The notes: generated from the sequence alone by a model not told the origin. A stretch of 64,000 nt of DNA from Alphaproteobacteria bacterium (GCA_965228895.1 OZ245842.1:2048001-2112000), one strand, 5' to 3'. Counted from the first letter of the stretch, positions 9,851-20,097 are shown. Made by a program: numbers and translations.

Positions 9851-10933
9851 GTGGAACTCGGACTCTTTTCGCTTCAGACCCAGCGCGATGTCGCGAAGCC
9901 CATTAAGGAAGTCTACGACGAAACGATTGACCTCGTCCGTCTTGCCGAGGACATCGGTTTCGACACCGCCTGGTTGACCGAGCACCATTTCGGCAATTAC
10001 AGCATGTGCCCGTCACCGCTCATTATGGCGTCGAACCTGGCGGCGCTGACGACGCGCATCAAGCTGGGCATGGCCGTGCTGGTGCTGCCGCTCTACAACC
10101 CCCTGCGGGTGCTTGAAGAGATCGGCATGGTCGATCAGCTTTCCGACGGGCGTCTGGTGATCGGCTATGGCTCCGGCTATCAGGCCTTTGAGTTCGAGCG
10201 CTTCGGCCTCGACCTCGCCGAAAACTGGGCCATTACCCACGAGACCATGGACATTCTGGAGATGGGTATAGCCGAGGGGCGGGTCGCCTATGACGGCACG
10301 TACTACAAGATCCCGGAGACACCGATCGGCATTCCGGTGATGCAGAAACCGCATCCTGAGGTCTTTACGGCGGGCAACGAGCCGGCTTATCTCGCGCGGG
10401 CGGCCAAGGCCGGCTACATCCCCTTCGTTACCGTCGGCGGCAACGGCACCGATGCCTTGATTGCCGTGCGCGAACACATCGCCAAGAACTTCGCGCAGGC
10501 GGGCCAGACTGGTCCATTGCCGTTCGCCATCAACCGCTCGGTCTATGTCACGGACAGCAAGGACGATGCGCGCGATGTCGCCGAACGGGTGCTCTATACC
10601 GCGCGGCTGGTCATGGCGTTTCGCGGCGGTTACGAAAAACTCGACGGCATCGAGGTCATCCCGCAGCCTTATGAAAACGAGCCTGATCTCGACACGATTA
10701 TCGAGAACCTGCCGATCGGCGATCCGGAGAGCTGCGCCGAACAGATTGCAGGCGAAATCAAGGCGACCGGTGCTTGCCACTACAGCATGTTCGTCCAGTT
10801 CGGCGGCCTCGACCACAAGCGGGCGCGACGCTCATTGGAGCGAATTGGCGCCGAGGTCCTGCCGCTTGTCGACAAGGCTGTCGGTGGTCTGAAGGAGTTC
10901 GGTCCAAGTTCGGTTATGTCGGCGGCACGCTAG
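9851..10933 (+). CDS. Luciferase-like (LLM) flavin-dependent monooxygenase
   Basis: GFDTAWLTEHHF, PSP, TTRIKLG and SDGRL motifs. Confidence 0.92.
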   Translation: MELGLFSLQTQRDVAKPIKEVYDETIDLVRLAEDIGFDTAWLTEHHFGNYSMCPSPLIMASNLAALTTRIKLGMAVLVLPLYNPLRVLEEIGMVDQLSDGRLVIGYGSGYQAFEFERFGLDLAENWAITHETMDILEMGIAEGRVAYDGTYYKIPETPIGIPVMQKPHPEVFTAGNEPAYLARAAKAGYIPFVTVGGNGTDALIAVREHIAKNFAQAGQTGPLPFAINRSVYVTDSKDDARDVAERVLYTARLVMAFRGGYEKLDGIEVIPQPYENEPDLDTIIENLPIGDPESCAEQIAGEIKATGACHYSMFVQFGGLDHKRARRSLERIGAEVLPLVDKAVGGLKEFGPSSVMSAAR

Positions 10934-11056
10934 GGTTTTGTGCCTGCGCAGACCAGTGCCGGCCGACGCCCCCGCCCGGCAACCAATGGCAGCATCCTCG
11001 GGTCGGCCGGGCGGGGGCGTGGGCCGGTGATGCCTCGGTCGCCGCCAGGCAAAAAG

Positions 11057-12763
11057 TCAGCAGTGGAGGATGGCGTCGGAAGCCTTTTCACCAATCATGA
11101 TGGTGGTCAGGTTGGTGTTGGCGCTGACGACGCTGGGCATGACCGAGGCGTCGGCGACGCGCAGCCCCTCGACACCAATCACCTTCAGGTCGGGATCGAC
11201 CACGCTGTTGGGATCGTCGGTGCGTCCGATGCGGCAGGTACAGCTGGCATGCCAGCTGCCGCAACCATGATCGCGCACCCAATCGCGCAGCGCGTTGTCA
11301 TCGGCAATCAGGCGATGCACGTCGATGCCCGGGCTGATGAACCGCGACATCATCTGACCACGCGTCAACGGGAAGTCGAGCAGAAGCGCCGCGGCCTTCG
11401 TCTTGAGCCAGTTGCTGGCCGAAACGACCGCGAGGTCGCGGGCCTTTTCGCTGAACGTCGACGGGAACATGCCTTTGACGCCGCCGCTGACGGCAGCGTT
11501 CGACATGAAGCGATAGGCGAGCCGCACGGCGTCGGCGAGCCGGTCGAGATCGCGGTCATCGGAAAACTGGTTGAAGTTGATGATGGGTTCGGCATCCGGC
11601 TCGCGCGCCTTCAACGTCACCTCGCCTTGCGAATACGGCTTGTTGACGCAAACGACAAAACCGCCGAGCAGATGGCCGAGCGGATGCCAACCGCCACGGT
11701 TGTTGGCCAGCGCAAACATATCGCCGGGTGCGCAGTCGGCATGGCCGGACGAGTACCTGAGGCCCAGGTGGATGTGCCGGCGCATGGAGGCAGGCATGCG
11801 CCAGGAGCGCTGGATGTGGCTCACCAAGGTCACGGTTGGGTGGTCTTGCAGGCCCTGGCCGACGCCCGGCCGGTCGGCGACCACGTCGATCCCATGTTGG
11901 CGCAAATGGTGGCCCGGCCCGATGCCCGAGCGCATCAGCATGGCGGGGCTGTGGAATGCGCCGCAGGAGACGACGACCTCGCGTGCGTCGACGGTGATGT
12001 CTTGATTGTCACGTCTGAGCGCGACGCCGGTTACGCGCTTGCCGTCGAAGAGCACGCGATCGACACGGCAATCCGGCCAAATCTCAAGGTTGGGTCGGGC
12101 CCGTGTCTCGGCATCGAGATAGGCAAGCGCCGTCGACACGCGGTGGCCGTCCGGACCGCCGGAGGGGTGGTTGTTGATGGCCATGGGAAACAGGCCGTCG
12201 TCGAACTCGCCGTTGTGATCGACAAGCTCTGTGAATCCGTGATCGAGCATGGCGTGGCGCGCGGCTTTGGCGAAACCCGGCCAATCGGGCTCGCGGATGC
12301 GGCGGATCGGCAGCGGCCCTTCCTTGCCATGCATGGCGCCGTCATAATCCAGGTCGGTTTCGCAGCGCCTGTAATAGGGAAGGACGTCGTCGAAACTCCA
12401 GCCGCTTGCACCGCGATCGACCCAGTCGTCGAAATCCCACGGCAGACCACGGATCGCCATCATGCCGTTGATGCTGGAGCCGCCGCCCATCAGCCGGGCC
12501 TGTTCGTAGCGCCGGGGTACGAAGGTCTCCGGCGCGTTGCTGCCCAAGCGTTCGTAGTGAACTCTCAAGTCACGCCAATGCCAGACCGAGTTGAAATAGG
12601 CGACGCTGGGATAAGCGTCGAGCACGGCAGGCGGCATGGCGCCCGGCGGTGTGTCGGTGCCGGCTTCCAGAAGCAACACGCGGTTATCGGAATGAGCCGA
12701 CAACCGGTTGGCCAGAACGGCGCCGGCCGACCCGCCCCCGACAACAACAAAATCGTGGGTCAA
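11057..12763 (-). CDS. GMC oxidoreductase (choline dehydrogenase-like)
   Basis: GGGSAG FAD motif, GGGSSINGM, SGIGP, LQDHP, WHASCTC, DASVMP..VSANTN. Confidence 0.93.
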   Translation of the reverse strand: MTHDFVVVGGGSAGAVLANRLSAHSDNRVLLLEAGTDTPPGAMPPAVLDAYPSVAYFNSVWHWRDLRVHYERLGSNAPETFVPRRYEQARLMGGGSSINGMMAIRGLPWDFDDWVDRGASGWSFDDVLPYYRRCETDLDYDGAMHGKEGPLPIRRIREPDWPGFAKAARHAMLDHGFTELVDHNGEFDDGLFPMAINNHPSGGPDGHRVSTALAYLDAETRARPNLEIWPDCRVDRVLFDGKRVTGVALRRDNQDITVDAREVVVSCGAFHSPAMLMRSGIGPGHHLRQHGIDVVADRPGVGQGLQDHPTVTLVSHIQRSWRMPASMRRHIHLGLRYSSGHADCAPGDMFALANNRGGWHPLGHLLGGFVVCVNKPYSQGEVTLKAREPDAEPIINFNQFSDDRDLDRLADAVRLAYRFMSNAAVSGGVKGMFPSTFSEKARDLAVVSASNWLKTKAAALLLDFPLTRGQMMSRFISPGIDVHRLIADDNALRDWVRDHGCGSWHASCTCRIGRTDDPNSVVDPDLKVIGVEGLRVADASVMPSVVSANTNLTTIMIGEKASDAILHC

Positions 12764-12767
12764 CGGG

Positions 12768-13727
12768 TCACCGGAACAGGAAACCGTCGGGAAGGGGATC
12801 GCAGTCCTCGACCATCAGGGTCGAGAACGCGCTCAGATAGGCTTCGCCGGCAACACGCGGACGTATGGCCGCGCGACCGTTTTCGTGGAGCACCTCATCG
12901 ATGCGACACCGGTAGTGCGCGCCCAGCACACTCTCCGCGATGAAGTCGTCGCCAACGTTGAGCTTGCCGGCGGCGTGCAGTGCGGCAAGGCGCGCACTGG
13001 TGCCGGTACCGCACGGCGATCGGTCGAACTTGTTGCTTTCCAAAACCACGAGGTGACGGGCATGTCTGTCATCGTCATCGCGAAAAAACAGGACCGAGCC
13101 GACCGGCTCGTCGACGGCTGCGTTGAGCGACGCCTTGATCGCGTTGCCCAAGCGGCAGAGTTCACCGGCGTTGTCGGGTTCGATGGGCCAGTTGCGCCCG
13201 GCCGTATCGACCAGCGCGAAGCGGCCGCCGCAGCAGGCTATGGTGGCGTCGACGGGGCCTATGCCATCGACGTCGACGGTTATGCCGTCAGTCTCGACAT
13301 AAGCAGGGACGTTGGCGATGGACGCGGTGACCGCACCGTCCATTGCTTTGCTCACGTCGACACCGACAATGCCGGCGGGTGTCTCCAAAGTGAAATGGCC
13401 TGGGCCGGATGTAAGATCGACTTGGCCGGTTGCCGCGAGCGTACGCGCAAGGCCGATGGTCGCATGGCCGCACATGTCGAGATAGACATAGGACGAGATG
13501 AAGAACGCACCGAAGTCGGCCTCACGGCTGTCGGTCATCACGGCGGCGACCATGGCCGCATGGCCGCGCGGCTCGTGTATCAACTGGCCCCGGAGACGGT
13601 CGTGGCGGGCCTTGAAATCGTCGCGACGCGCCAGCACGGTGTCGCCCTCCAACGGTGGCAACCCACCCATAATGGCGCGCGTCGGATGACCCACCGTGTG
13701 GGTGTCGATGACTTGAAAGGCCTGCAT
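12768..13727 (-). CDS. Proline racemase / hydroxyproline epimerase family protein
   Basis: EPRGH, DMCGH and DRSPCGTGT (two catalytic Cys). Confidence 0.92.
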   Translation of the reverse strand: MQAFQVIDTHTVGHPTRAIMGGLPPLEGDTVLARRDDFKARHDRLRGQLIHEPRGHAAMVAAVMTDSREADFGAFFISSYVYLDMCGHATIGLARTLAATGQVDLTSGPGHFTLETPAGIVGVDVSKAMDGAVTASIANVPAYVETDGITVDVDGIGPVDATIACCGGRFALVDTAGRNWPIEPDNAGELCRLGNAIKASLNAAVDEPVGSVLFFRDDDDRHARHLVVLESNKFDRSPCGTGTSARLAALHAAGKLNVGDDFIAESVLGAHYRCRIDEVLHENGRAAIRPRVAGEAYLSAFSTLMVEDCDPLPDGFLFR

Positions 13728-13824
13728 GGTTCTCCGATGCCGGCAAGCGGCGGTTCCACGGCAGGGTATGCTAAGGAGCCGCTACACATGGATCAAGGCA
13801 ACAAGCATGAGGGAGCAGGATTGC

Positions 13825-14607
13825 ATGCGTGAAAACAGGATTCGGAAGATTTGGGCCGAGGGCGGCACGGTCTTTAACGGCTGGCTGGCGACGCCCAGCA
13901 GCGTCACCGCCGAGGTCATGGCGCGCCAGGACTGGGACAGCGTCACAATCGACCTGCAGCATGGCCTGGTCGACTATCCCGCGGCTGTCACCATGCTGCA
14001 GGCGATCTCGCAGACCGACACGGTGCCGCTGGCGCGCGCGCCATGGAACGAGCCGGTCATGATCCAGAAGCTGCTGGATGCCGGCGCTTACGGCATCATC
14101 TGCCCGATGATCAACAGCCGCGAGGAGGCCGAGCGTTTTATCGGCGCGTGCCGCTATCACCCGGACGGCTACCGCAGTGTCGGTCCGATCCGTGCGGCCA
14201 TGTATGCCGGCGCTGATTACATCCCGAACGCCAACAAGACCGTCTTGGCATTGGCGATGATCGAGACGGCGCAGGCTGTCGAGCGGCTGGACGAAATCCT
14301 GACCACACCGGGTCTGGACGGCATCTTTGTCGGCCCGTCCGATCTATCGGTCAGCTTGGGCGAAGCGGCCGGCTTCGATCCTGAGTTTCCCGTCGTCATG
14401 CAGGCGATCGAAAAGATTGCCGAGCGTTGTCAACATCATGGCATACCCGCCGGCATCCATACGGGATCGGTCGCCTATGCGCTCAAGATGCAGGCGATGG
14501 GTTACTGCTTCATCACGCTGCTCAGCGAACTGCGTTTGATCCAGTGGGCCGCCGGCAATGCCATCGCGGCGTTCCGCGCCGGTGAGACGCAGGTCGATGC
14601 CCCTTAG
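13825..14607 (+). CDS. HpcH/HpaI class II aldolase
   Basis: IDLQHG, LDAGA, MIET and FVGPSDL motifs. Confidence 0.92.
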   Translation: MRENRIRKIWAEGGTVFNGWLATPSSVTAEVMARQDWDSVTIDLQHGLVDYPAAVTMLQAISQTDTVPLARAPWNEPVMIQKLLDAGAYGIICPMINSREEAERFIGACRYHPDGYRSVGPIRAAMYAGADYIPNANKTVLALAMIETAQAVERLDEILTTPGLDGIFVGPSDLSVSLGEAAGFDPEFPVVMQAIEKIAERCQHHGIPAGIHTGSVAYALKMQAMGYCFITLLSELRLIQWAAGNAIAAFRAGETQVDAP

Positions 14608-15865
14608 TGACGGGCCGGGTAGGGCCGGCCATGTCACCGTGGTCGGCGCCGGCATCGTCGGCATCTGTACGGCGAGCTGGCTGGTCCGCGCCGGCTTCGA
14701 CGTCACCGTGCTCGACGAGGATGAGCCGGGCATGCGGTGTTCGTTCGGCAACGCCGGGGGCATCTGTCCGGGCTCGTGCGTGCCGCTTGCTATGCCCGGT
14801 ATGGCACGCAAGGTGCCCGGCTGGCTGCTCGATCCGGAAGGTCCGTTGTTCATCCGGCTCGCTTATCTGCCGCGCGCGCTGCCGTGGCTGCTGCGCTTTG
14901 TGGCCGCCGGACGGCCAGACAGGATCGGCGCGATTGCCAATGCCATGCGCGCGCTCCACGAACCGACCATCGATCGCTACCGTTCACTGGTCGCGTGGGC
15001 GGGGTGCGAGTCCTTGCTGGTCGAGCGCGGCCAGCTCTTTCTCTACGAAAGCCAAGCGGAACTCGATGGCGACGCCCTTGGCCTGACGCTGCGCCGCGAA
15101 CGCGGCATCGAAGCAGAAGTTCTGTCGGCCGACGAACTACGTCAGTTGGAGCCCGCACTCGACCACCGCTTTCGCCACGCGGTCTTTCTGCCAGGTCAGG
15201 CGCAGTGCCTGAATCCCCACCGATTGGTGCGCGAACTTGCCGCCCAATTCGTTGCCGACGGTGGCCGTATCGATCGGTCGCGCGTGATGGCCTTTCATGC
15301 CCAAGACGGCGCGATTGAATCGCTGGAGACGGCGGATGGATCCCGCGGGGTCGAGACAGTCGTTCTGGCGGCAGGCGCCTGGTCGGCGAGGTTGTTGGCG
15401 ACCCTTGGAATCCGCGTGCCGCTGGAGGCCGAGCGGGGCTATCACGTTACGGTGGCCGCCGAGACTGACCGTGCGCCGCGTATCCAGGCGGCATGGTCGC
15501 GTCGCAAGTTTGTCGTCACACCACAGGAAGGTGGTATGCGCTTTGCCGGCACCGACGAATTCGCCGGTCTTGACGCGCCACCCGATGAAAGGCGCGCGAT
15601 GACCCTGTTGCGTCACGGGCGCGATATGGTGCCCGGGCTTGACGATGCGACCTACACGACATGGATGGGGCATCGTCCGGGAACGCCGGACAGCCTGCCG
15701 GTCATCGGCAGGGATCCGCGGTACGCCAACCTGATTCACGCCTATGGTCACGGCCATACCGGTTTGATGGGCGCATCGGTCACCGGTCACGTAATCGCCG
15801 ACATGTTGGCGGGCCATACGCCGGAGATCGACTTGGCCCCCTATGGCATTGAGCGTTTCAGCTGA
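14597..15865 (+). CDS. FAD-dependent D-amino acid dehydrogenase (DadA-like)
   Basis: GAGIVG, SFGNAG, ERGYH, WMGHRP..PDSLPVIG and YGHGHTG motifs. Confidence 0.9.
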   Translation: MPLSDGPGRAGHVTVVGAGIVGICTASWLVRAGFDVTVLDEDEPGMRCSFGNAGGICPGSCVPLAMPGMARKVPGWLLDPEGPLFIRLAYLPRALPWLLRFVAAGRPDRIGAIANAMRALHEPTIDRYRSLVAWAGCESLLVERGQLFLYESQAELDGDALGLTLRRERGIEAEVLSADELRQLEPALDHRFRHAVFLPGQAQCLNPHRLVRELAAQFVADGGRIDRSRVMAFHAQDGAIESLETADGSRGVETVVLAAGAWSARLLATLGIRVPLEAERGYHVTVAAETDRAPRIQAAWSRRKFVVTPQEGGMRFAGTDEFAGLDAPPDERRAMTLLRHGRDMVPGLDDATYTTWMGHRPGTPDSLPVIGRDPRYANLIHAYGHGHTGLMGASVTGHVIADMLAGHTPEIDLAPYGIERFS

Positions 15866-15871
15866 CCTTGG

Positions 15872-16714
15872 TCAGGTTGATCGTTGATAGGCAAGCGAAA
15901 CCGCTTGCGCGGCTTTCAGGATGATCGGCTTCAGATCGCGTCTCGCCTTCGCCAAGGTGAAATCGTCGACATCAACCGTTAGCGCGACGGCGGCCACGGG
16001 CTGATTGGCGTAATCGAACACAGGCGCGCCAAGCGCGATGGCGCGGGGATGACACGCGCGATCGGTCAGGCTGTAGCCGAGTTCGCGGGTCTGCGACATC
16101 GCCGCCATGATGGCGTCCGTTTCGACAATCGTATGTTTGGTGATCGGGAGCCGTGGGCTGGTGGCGATCAGGTCGAAGGCGCTGCGTTGGGGCATGAAGG
16201 CCAGAATTGCCAGACCGGTTGGCGAACAGAAGGCCGGTTCGCGTACGCCCACCGACGGACCCTTCACCAACGAGAGTCGCTTTTCGGCCCCGGCCATGCT
16301 GATCAGGACGACACATTCGTTACCGTTGAGCACGCTCAACTCGAGCTGATGACCGCATTCGTCGGAAACATTCTGCAGAATAGGGAAGGCGCACGTGACC
16401 AGGGGGTCGTTGCCCAGATAGGCAACCGACCAGCTCAACACCTTGGACGAAAGCCTGTAGTGTCGGGTTCGCCGGTCCTGTACCAGATAGCCGGCGCTGA
16501 CCAGTGTCGTCAGAAGCCGTCGCGCGCCGCTGATCTCCAGACCGCTTAGCTGGACGATTTCGGTGAGCGACAGCTCACGGTGTCCAACGTCGAAGCACTC
16601 CATCACCCGCAAACCCTTAAGGAGGGTCTTGGCGAGGTTCGACGATGAGGGTCTACCGGGACCCAAGTCAGGCTCTAGCGTCAGGTCGGGCACGTTGTTC
16701 TCCGCAATTGTCAT
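15872..16714 (-). CDS. IclR family transcriptional regulator
   Basis: N-terminal HTH (LSLTEIVQLSGL...LLTTL..GYL) and effector domain with LGYS and ALGAPVFD. Confidence 0.9.
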   Translation of the reverse strand: MTIAENNVPDLTLEPDLGPGRPSSSNLAKTLLKGLRVMECFDVGHRELSLTEIVQLSGLEISGARRLLTTLVSAGYLVQDRRTRHYRLSSKVLSWSVAYLGNDPLVTCAFPILQNVSDECGHQLELSVLNGNECVVLISMAGAEKRLSLVKGPSVGVREPAFCSPTGLAILAFMPQRSAFDLIATSPRLPITKHTIVETDAIMAAMSQTRELGYSLTDRACHPRAIALGAPVFDYANQPVAAVALTVDVDDFTLAKARRDLKPIILKAAQAVSLAYQRST

Positions 16715-16726
16715 TATGTGACAATC
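16707..16726. promoter_or_regulatory. Palindromic operator ATTGTCA-N5-TGACAAT, copy 2, overlapping iclR start
   Basis: attgtcattatgtgacaatc is a perfect 7-bp inverted repeat at the divergent iclR/glmL junction. Confidence 0.75.
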
Positions 16727-16848
16727 ATAGTGCATATTTGTTGCGATGTCTCGGCTGCGGACCTAGCCTTTTGAACCGCAATGCCGCCTGCGTTGCGGCT
16801 GGGGGTTGTGTCCAGGCGTCCGATATTCGGGCTGACACGGGAGCTGAC

Positions 16849-18288
16849 GTGACAAACGCGAGGCGGACCAAGGATAGGGCTGACGTGTTCCTCAGCGGGG
16901 AACGTAGCTGGAGCCGTGGCCTTCTGATCGATGTGGGCTCGACGTTCACCAAGGTCATGGTGATCGCGCCAAGTGGCGCGATGGTGGGACGCGCACAAGC
17001 CCCGACGACGATTGACGATGATGTGATGGAGGGGGTCACCGCTGCCCTCGGCCACCTGCCTGAGGACGCGCGCGACGACATCGACTGGGCGCTTGCCTCA
17101 AGCAGCGCGGCGGGCGGCCTGCGTATGGCGTCGGTCGGGCTGACCGCCAATCTGTCCGGTCGTGCCGGCGCGTTGGCGGCGTTCGGTGCCGGCGCCAAGG
17201 TGATCGCCAACGAACATGGCTTCTTGGATGACGAGGCCGTCGGCAGGATCGATGCGGAAACGCCCCATCTCGTGCTGTTGTCCGGCGGTTTAGACGGCGG
17301 CAACCGAGAGGCGCTGCTGCACAATGCCCGCAAGTTGACGGCGCTGAAGTCGGCGCGCGGGTTCATCGTCGCGGGCAATGTCGACGCTGCCGGCGAAGCC
17401 GATGCTTTGCTCAAAGTTGGCGACCGCGACGTGCGTGTCGTCGATAACGTCTTCCCACGTGCCGGCGAGATCGCGATGACCGCGACACGCGAGGCTGTGC
17501 GCGACCTCTTTTTGCAACACATCACCCAAGCCAAGGGCCTGGATGGCCTGATGGAGACTTTCGCGACGGAATGCGAACCGACTCCCCTGGCGGTCAGCCG
17601 CGCTCTCGCGCATCTGCCCGGGGAGGGCGGGCCGGTGGTGTTTGTCGATTTGGGTGGTGCGACGACCGACGTGCACTCGTTGGGCGGCGTCCGTGACGAC
17701 CACAGAGCGGTCGAAGTGCCCGATCCCGAAGTGATGCGCACGGTCGAAGGCGACTTGGGCATGCGTTGGGGCGCACCGGGTACGGTCGGTGCCATGTCAT
17801 CGGCCGACAGAGCCGCCGCTGAGGCAGTCCTGGGCTGTGATCTCGAACGAGAGGCCGACAAGCGGCGTGAGTCGCCGTCCTTTTTGCCTCAGACCGACCA
17901 TGACCGCGCCGTCGACCGTGTCTTGGCCCAGGCTGGGGTCGCGACGGCGATCGAGCGCCATGCCGGCAAGGTGGTCGTCCGCCATCGGCCGTGGGGCGAC
18001 CGCTATCAGGTGACGGGCAAGGATCTTCGCCAGACGCGGATGCTGGTCGCGACCGGCGGTGCGTTTCGCTATGGCCGTGACCCCCACTTGATGGTCTGTA
18101 CGGCCCTCGATGCGATTGAAGGCGCCCAGTCGCCACGCACCCCGGCCATCGCCATCGACAATGCCTATGCCCTCTATGTCATCGGCTTGCTCGCCCGCCT
18201 GGCGCCGGACTTGGCGCGACAGGTTGCGGCCCAAGCCATCGTTACGCCCAATCCATCAAGCCGACATCAGGAGGCACGCGCATCATGA
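16849..18288 (+). CDS. GlmL/MutL-like ASKHA protein (B12 mutase reactivating/accessory factor)
   Basis: IDVGSTFTK, SSSAAGGLRM, LLSGGLDGGN, VDLGGATTDVHS and RTVEGDLGMR motifs of the glutamate mutase MutL family; start codon uncertain. Confidence 0.85.
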   Translation: MTNARRTKDRADVFLSGERSWSRGLLIDVGSTFTKVMVIAPSGAMVGRAQAPTTIDDDVMEGVTAALGHLPEDARDDIDWALASSSAAGGLRMASVGLTANLSGRAGALAAFGAGAKVIANEHGFLDDEAVGRIDAETPHLVLLSGGLDGGNREALLHNARKLTALKSARGFIVAGNVDAAGEADALLKVGDRDVRVVDNVFPRAGEIAMTATREAVRDLFLQHITQAKGLDGLMETFATECEPTPLAVSRALAHLPGEGGPVVFVDLGGATTDVHSLGGVRDDHRAVEVPDPEVMRTVEGDLGMRWGAPGTVGAMSSADRAAAEAVLGCDLEREADKRRESPSFLPQTDHDRAVDRVLAQAGVATAIERHAGKVVVRHRPWGDRYQVTGKDLRQTRMLVATGGAFRYGRDPHLMVCTALDAIEGAQSPRTPAIAIDNAYALYVIGLLARLAPDLARQVAAQAIVTPNPSSRHQEARAS

Positions 18289-20036
18289 CAGGCAAACTTG
18301 AAGCCTATCTTCCCCAGGATTGTCCTGACGGTCTGGCCTTGCTCGAAGAAGGTCGGCGGCTCGGCGATGACGTCACGGTGGGTCGCAGCCTTCTGTGCGA
18401 AACCCATGGCGTTCGTTCGGAGGTCGAATACAAAAAGAAAATGGTCGAGGAGGGGCGCCTGATGACGTCCCTCAACATCGGCATGCAGACCTGGGCCGAT
18501 ACCGCCCGTGCGTTTGAGAAGATCTGGGACGAATCGGACAGACGTGGCTTTCGCATTGACCGCTATCAAATGCAGATGGATCGGCGTATGGGCCTGCCGC
18601 CTGAGCTTTGGGACCGCGCGGCCAAGGAGACCGGTCCGATGCTGGAAACCAAGGAGGACTGGTACGCGACCGCCCACACGGTGCCGATCCAGCCGCAGCT
18701 TGGCGACATGATGATCGGCTCGCCCATGTCGGTCAGCAACGCGCGCAACGCACTTGAGGCCGGCGTCAACTATATCGGCAACATGTCGCAGTTTGCCTGG
18801 AAGTATCCGGGCTGGCCGGGCGACGATGTCGAGCAGATGGCTGAAATGGTCAAGGCCTTGGGCCTGATGGCGGCCAAGCGCGACGACGACGCGATGATGC
18901 AGTCCTATCTGGAAGACGGCTATCCCGCGACCTTCAAGGACTATTGCTCCTATATCGGCTGGGCGCTCTTTGAGCGTTACCTTATCGATGACGTGATCGG
19001 TGCGCGCCTGTCGATCGCCTATGGCGGCCTGACCCACAATCCGGTCAGCAAGACAGCGGTGATCCTGGCGCTTGAGAAGATTAAGCCGGAAGGCACGTAC
19101 AACTCTTTCTATCATTGCAACACGACGGCCCATTCGCCGGAGATCGACGAGAACTTTGCCGTCGTCTCAATCGATGACCTCTACATCATGTTGGCCCAGC
19201 TCAAGACCAAGAGCGGCGCGGCCACGTTGTCGATCCCCGTTACAGAAGCGCTACGTGTGCCGTCCTGGGAAGAAATCGTTCAGGTTCAAACGGTCGCTCA
19301 TCGAGTCGCGCGCGACGCGCCACGGCTGATGGAGAGTTTCAATTGGGATCATATCGAGGCGATCAGCGAACGCATGATCGATGGCGGGCGCCGATTCTAC
19401 GCCAACATTTTGGAAGGCCTCACCGATCTGGGTGTCGACATGCGCGATCCCATGCAGCTCCTGCTGACGATCCGCCGCATGGGCGCGGCGACGATCGAGA
19501 ATCGTTGGGGTGTCGGCGAACTGCCGATATCGGATGCGGAAATGTATGTGCCGGAAGTGCCGACCGATACCTATCTCGACTATGTCGAACGGCGTTCGCG
19601 GGTCAAAAAGATTTTCAGCTCGGCGGGCATTCCCAAAAAGGAGCAGATCAGGCTCGTGGTCGGCTCCACCGACATCCATGAGTACGCGATGTTCCTCATC
19701 GTCGAGGGACTCACCATGGCCGGCATTCAGCCGGTTGTTGCCGGCACCAGTGTCGATCCCGATGAGTTTGCCGATTTAGCGCTGGAAGCGGGCGCCACGG
19801 CGATCCTGGTCTCGACCCACAACGGCATGGCGTTGACCTATGCGCGGCAATTGCATGACGAGGTTGTTGCCCGCGACCTCGATGTGACCATCGCGATGGG
19901 CGGCACGCTCAATCAAGATGTCGATGGCGAATCGACGCCGGTGGACGTTAAGGACGACCTGCGCGCGATGGGCGTCCACGTTTGCAGCGATGTCTCCGAT
20001 CTCTTGAACCTGATCGGCGCGACGTCACCAAGTTAG
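18285..20036 (+). CDS. Cobalamin-dependent protein: uncharacterised N-terminal domain plus C-terminal B12-binding domain
   Basis: C-terminal GSTDIHEYA (DxH), ILVSTHNG and IAMGG Rossmann pattern; coupled to glmL by ATGA overlap. Confidence 0.8.
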   Translation: MTGKLEAYLPQDCPDGLALLEEGRRLGDDVTVGRSLLCETHGVRSEVEYKKKMVEEGRLMTSLNIGMQTWADTARAFEKIWDESDRRGFRIDRYQMQMDRRMGLPPELWDRAAKETGPMLETKEDWYATAHTVPIQPQLGDMMIGSPMSVSNARNALEAGVNYIGNMSQFAWKYPGWPGDDVEQMAEMVKALGLMAAKRDDDAMMQSYLEDGYPATFKDYCSYIGWALFERYLIDDVIGARLSIAYGGLTHNPVSKTAVILALEKIKPEGTYNSFYHCNTTAHSPEIDENFAVVSIDDLYIMLAQLKTKSGAATLSIPVTEALRVPSWEEIVQVQTVAHRVARDAPRLMESFNWDHIEAISERMIDGGRRFYANILEGLTDLGVDMRDPMQLLLTIRRMGAATIENRWGVGELPISDAEMYVPEVPTDTYLDYVERRSRVKKIFSSAGIPKKEQIRLVVGSTDIHEYAMFLIVEGLTMAGIQPVVAGTSVDPDEFADLALEAGATAILVSTHNGMALTYARQLHDEVVARDLDVTIAMGGTLNQDVDGESTPVDVKDDLRAMGVHVCSDVSDLLNLIGATSPS

Positions 20037-20097
20037 CGTGAAGAAAGCCCCTTCGACTGGCATATCGAGCGGTTGACAACCAACGTATGGGGGCTGG

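Noticed and set aside
10940-12943. 667-aa plus-strand ORF
   Set aside because: Antisense shadow of the GMC oxidoreductase with no motifs; long shadow ORFs are expected at high GC.
16736-16848. Cobalamin riboswitch upstream of the B12 genes
   Set aside because: The space is short and I found no B12-box or conserved core; an Rfam scan would settle it.
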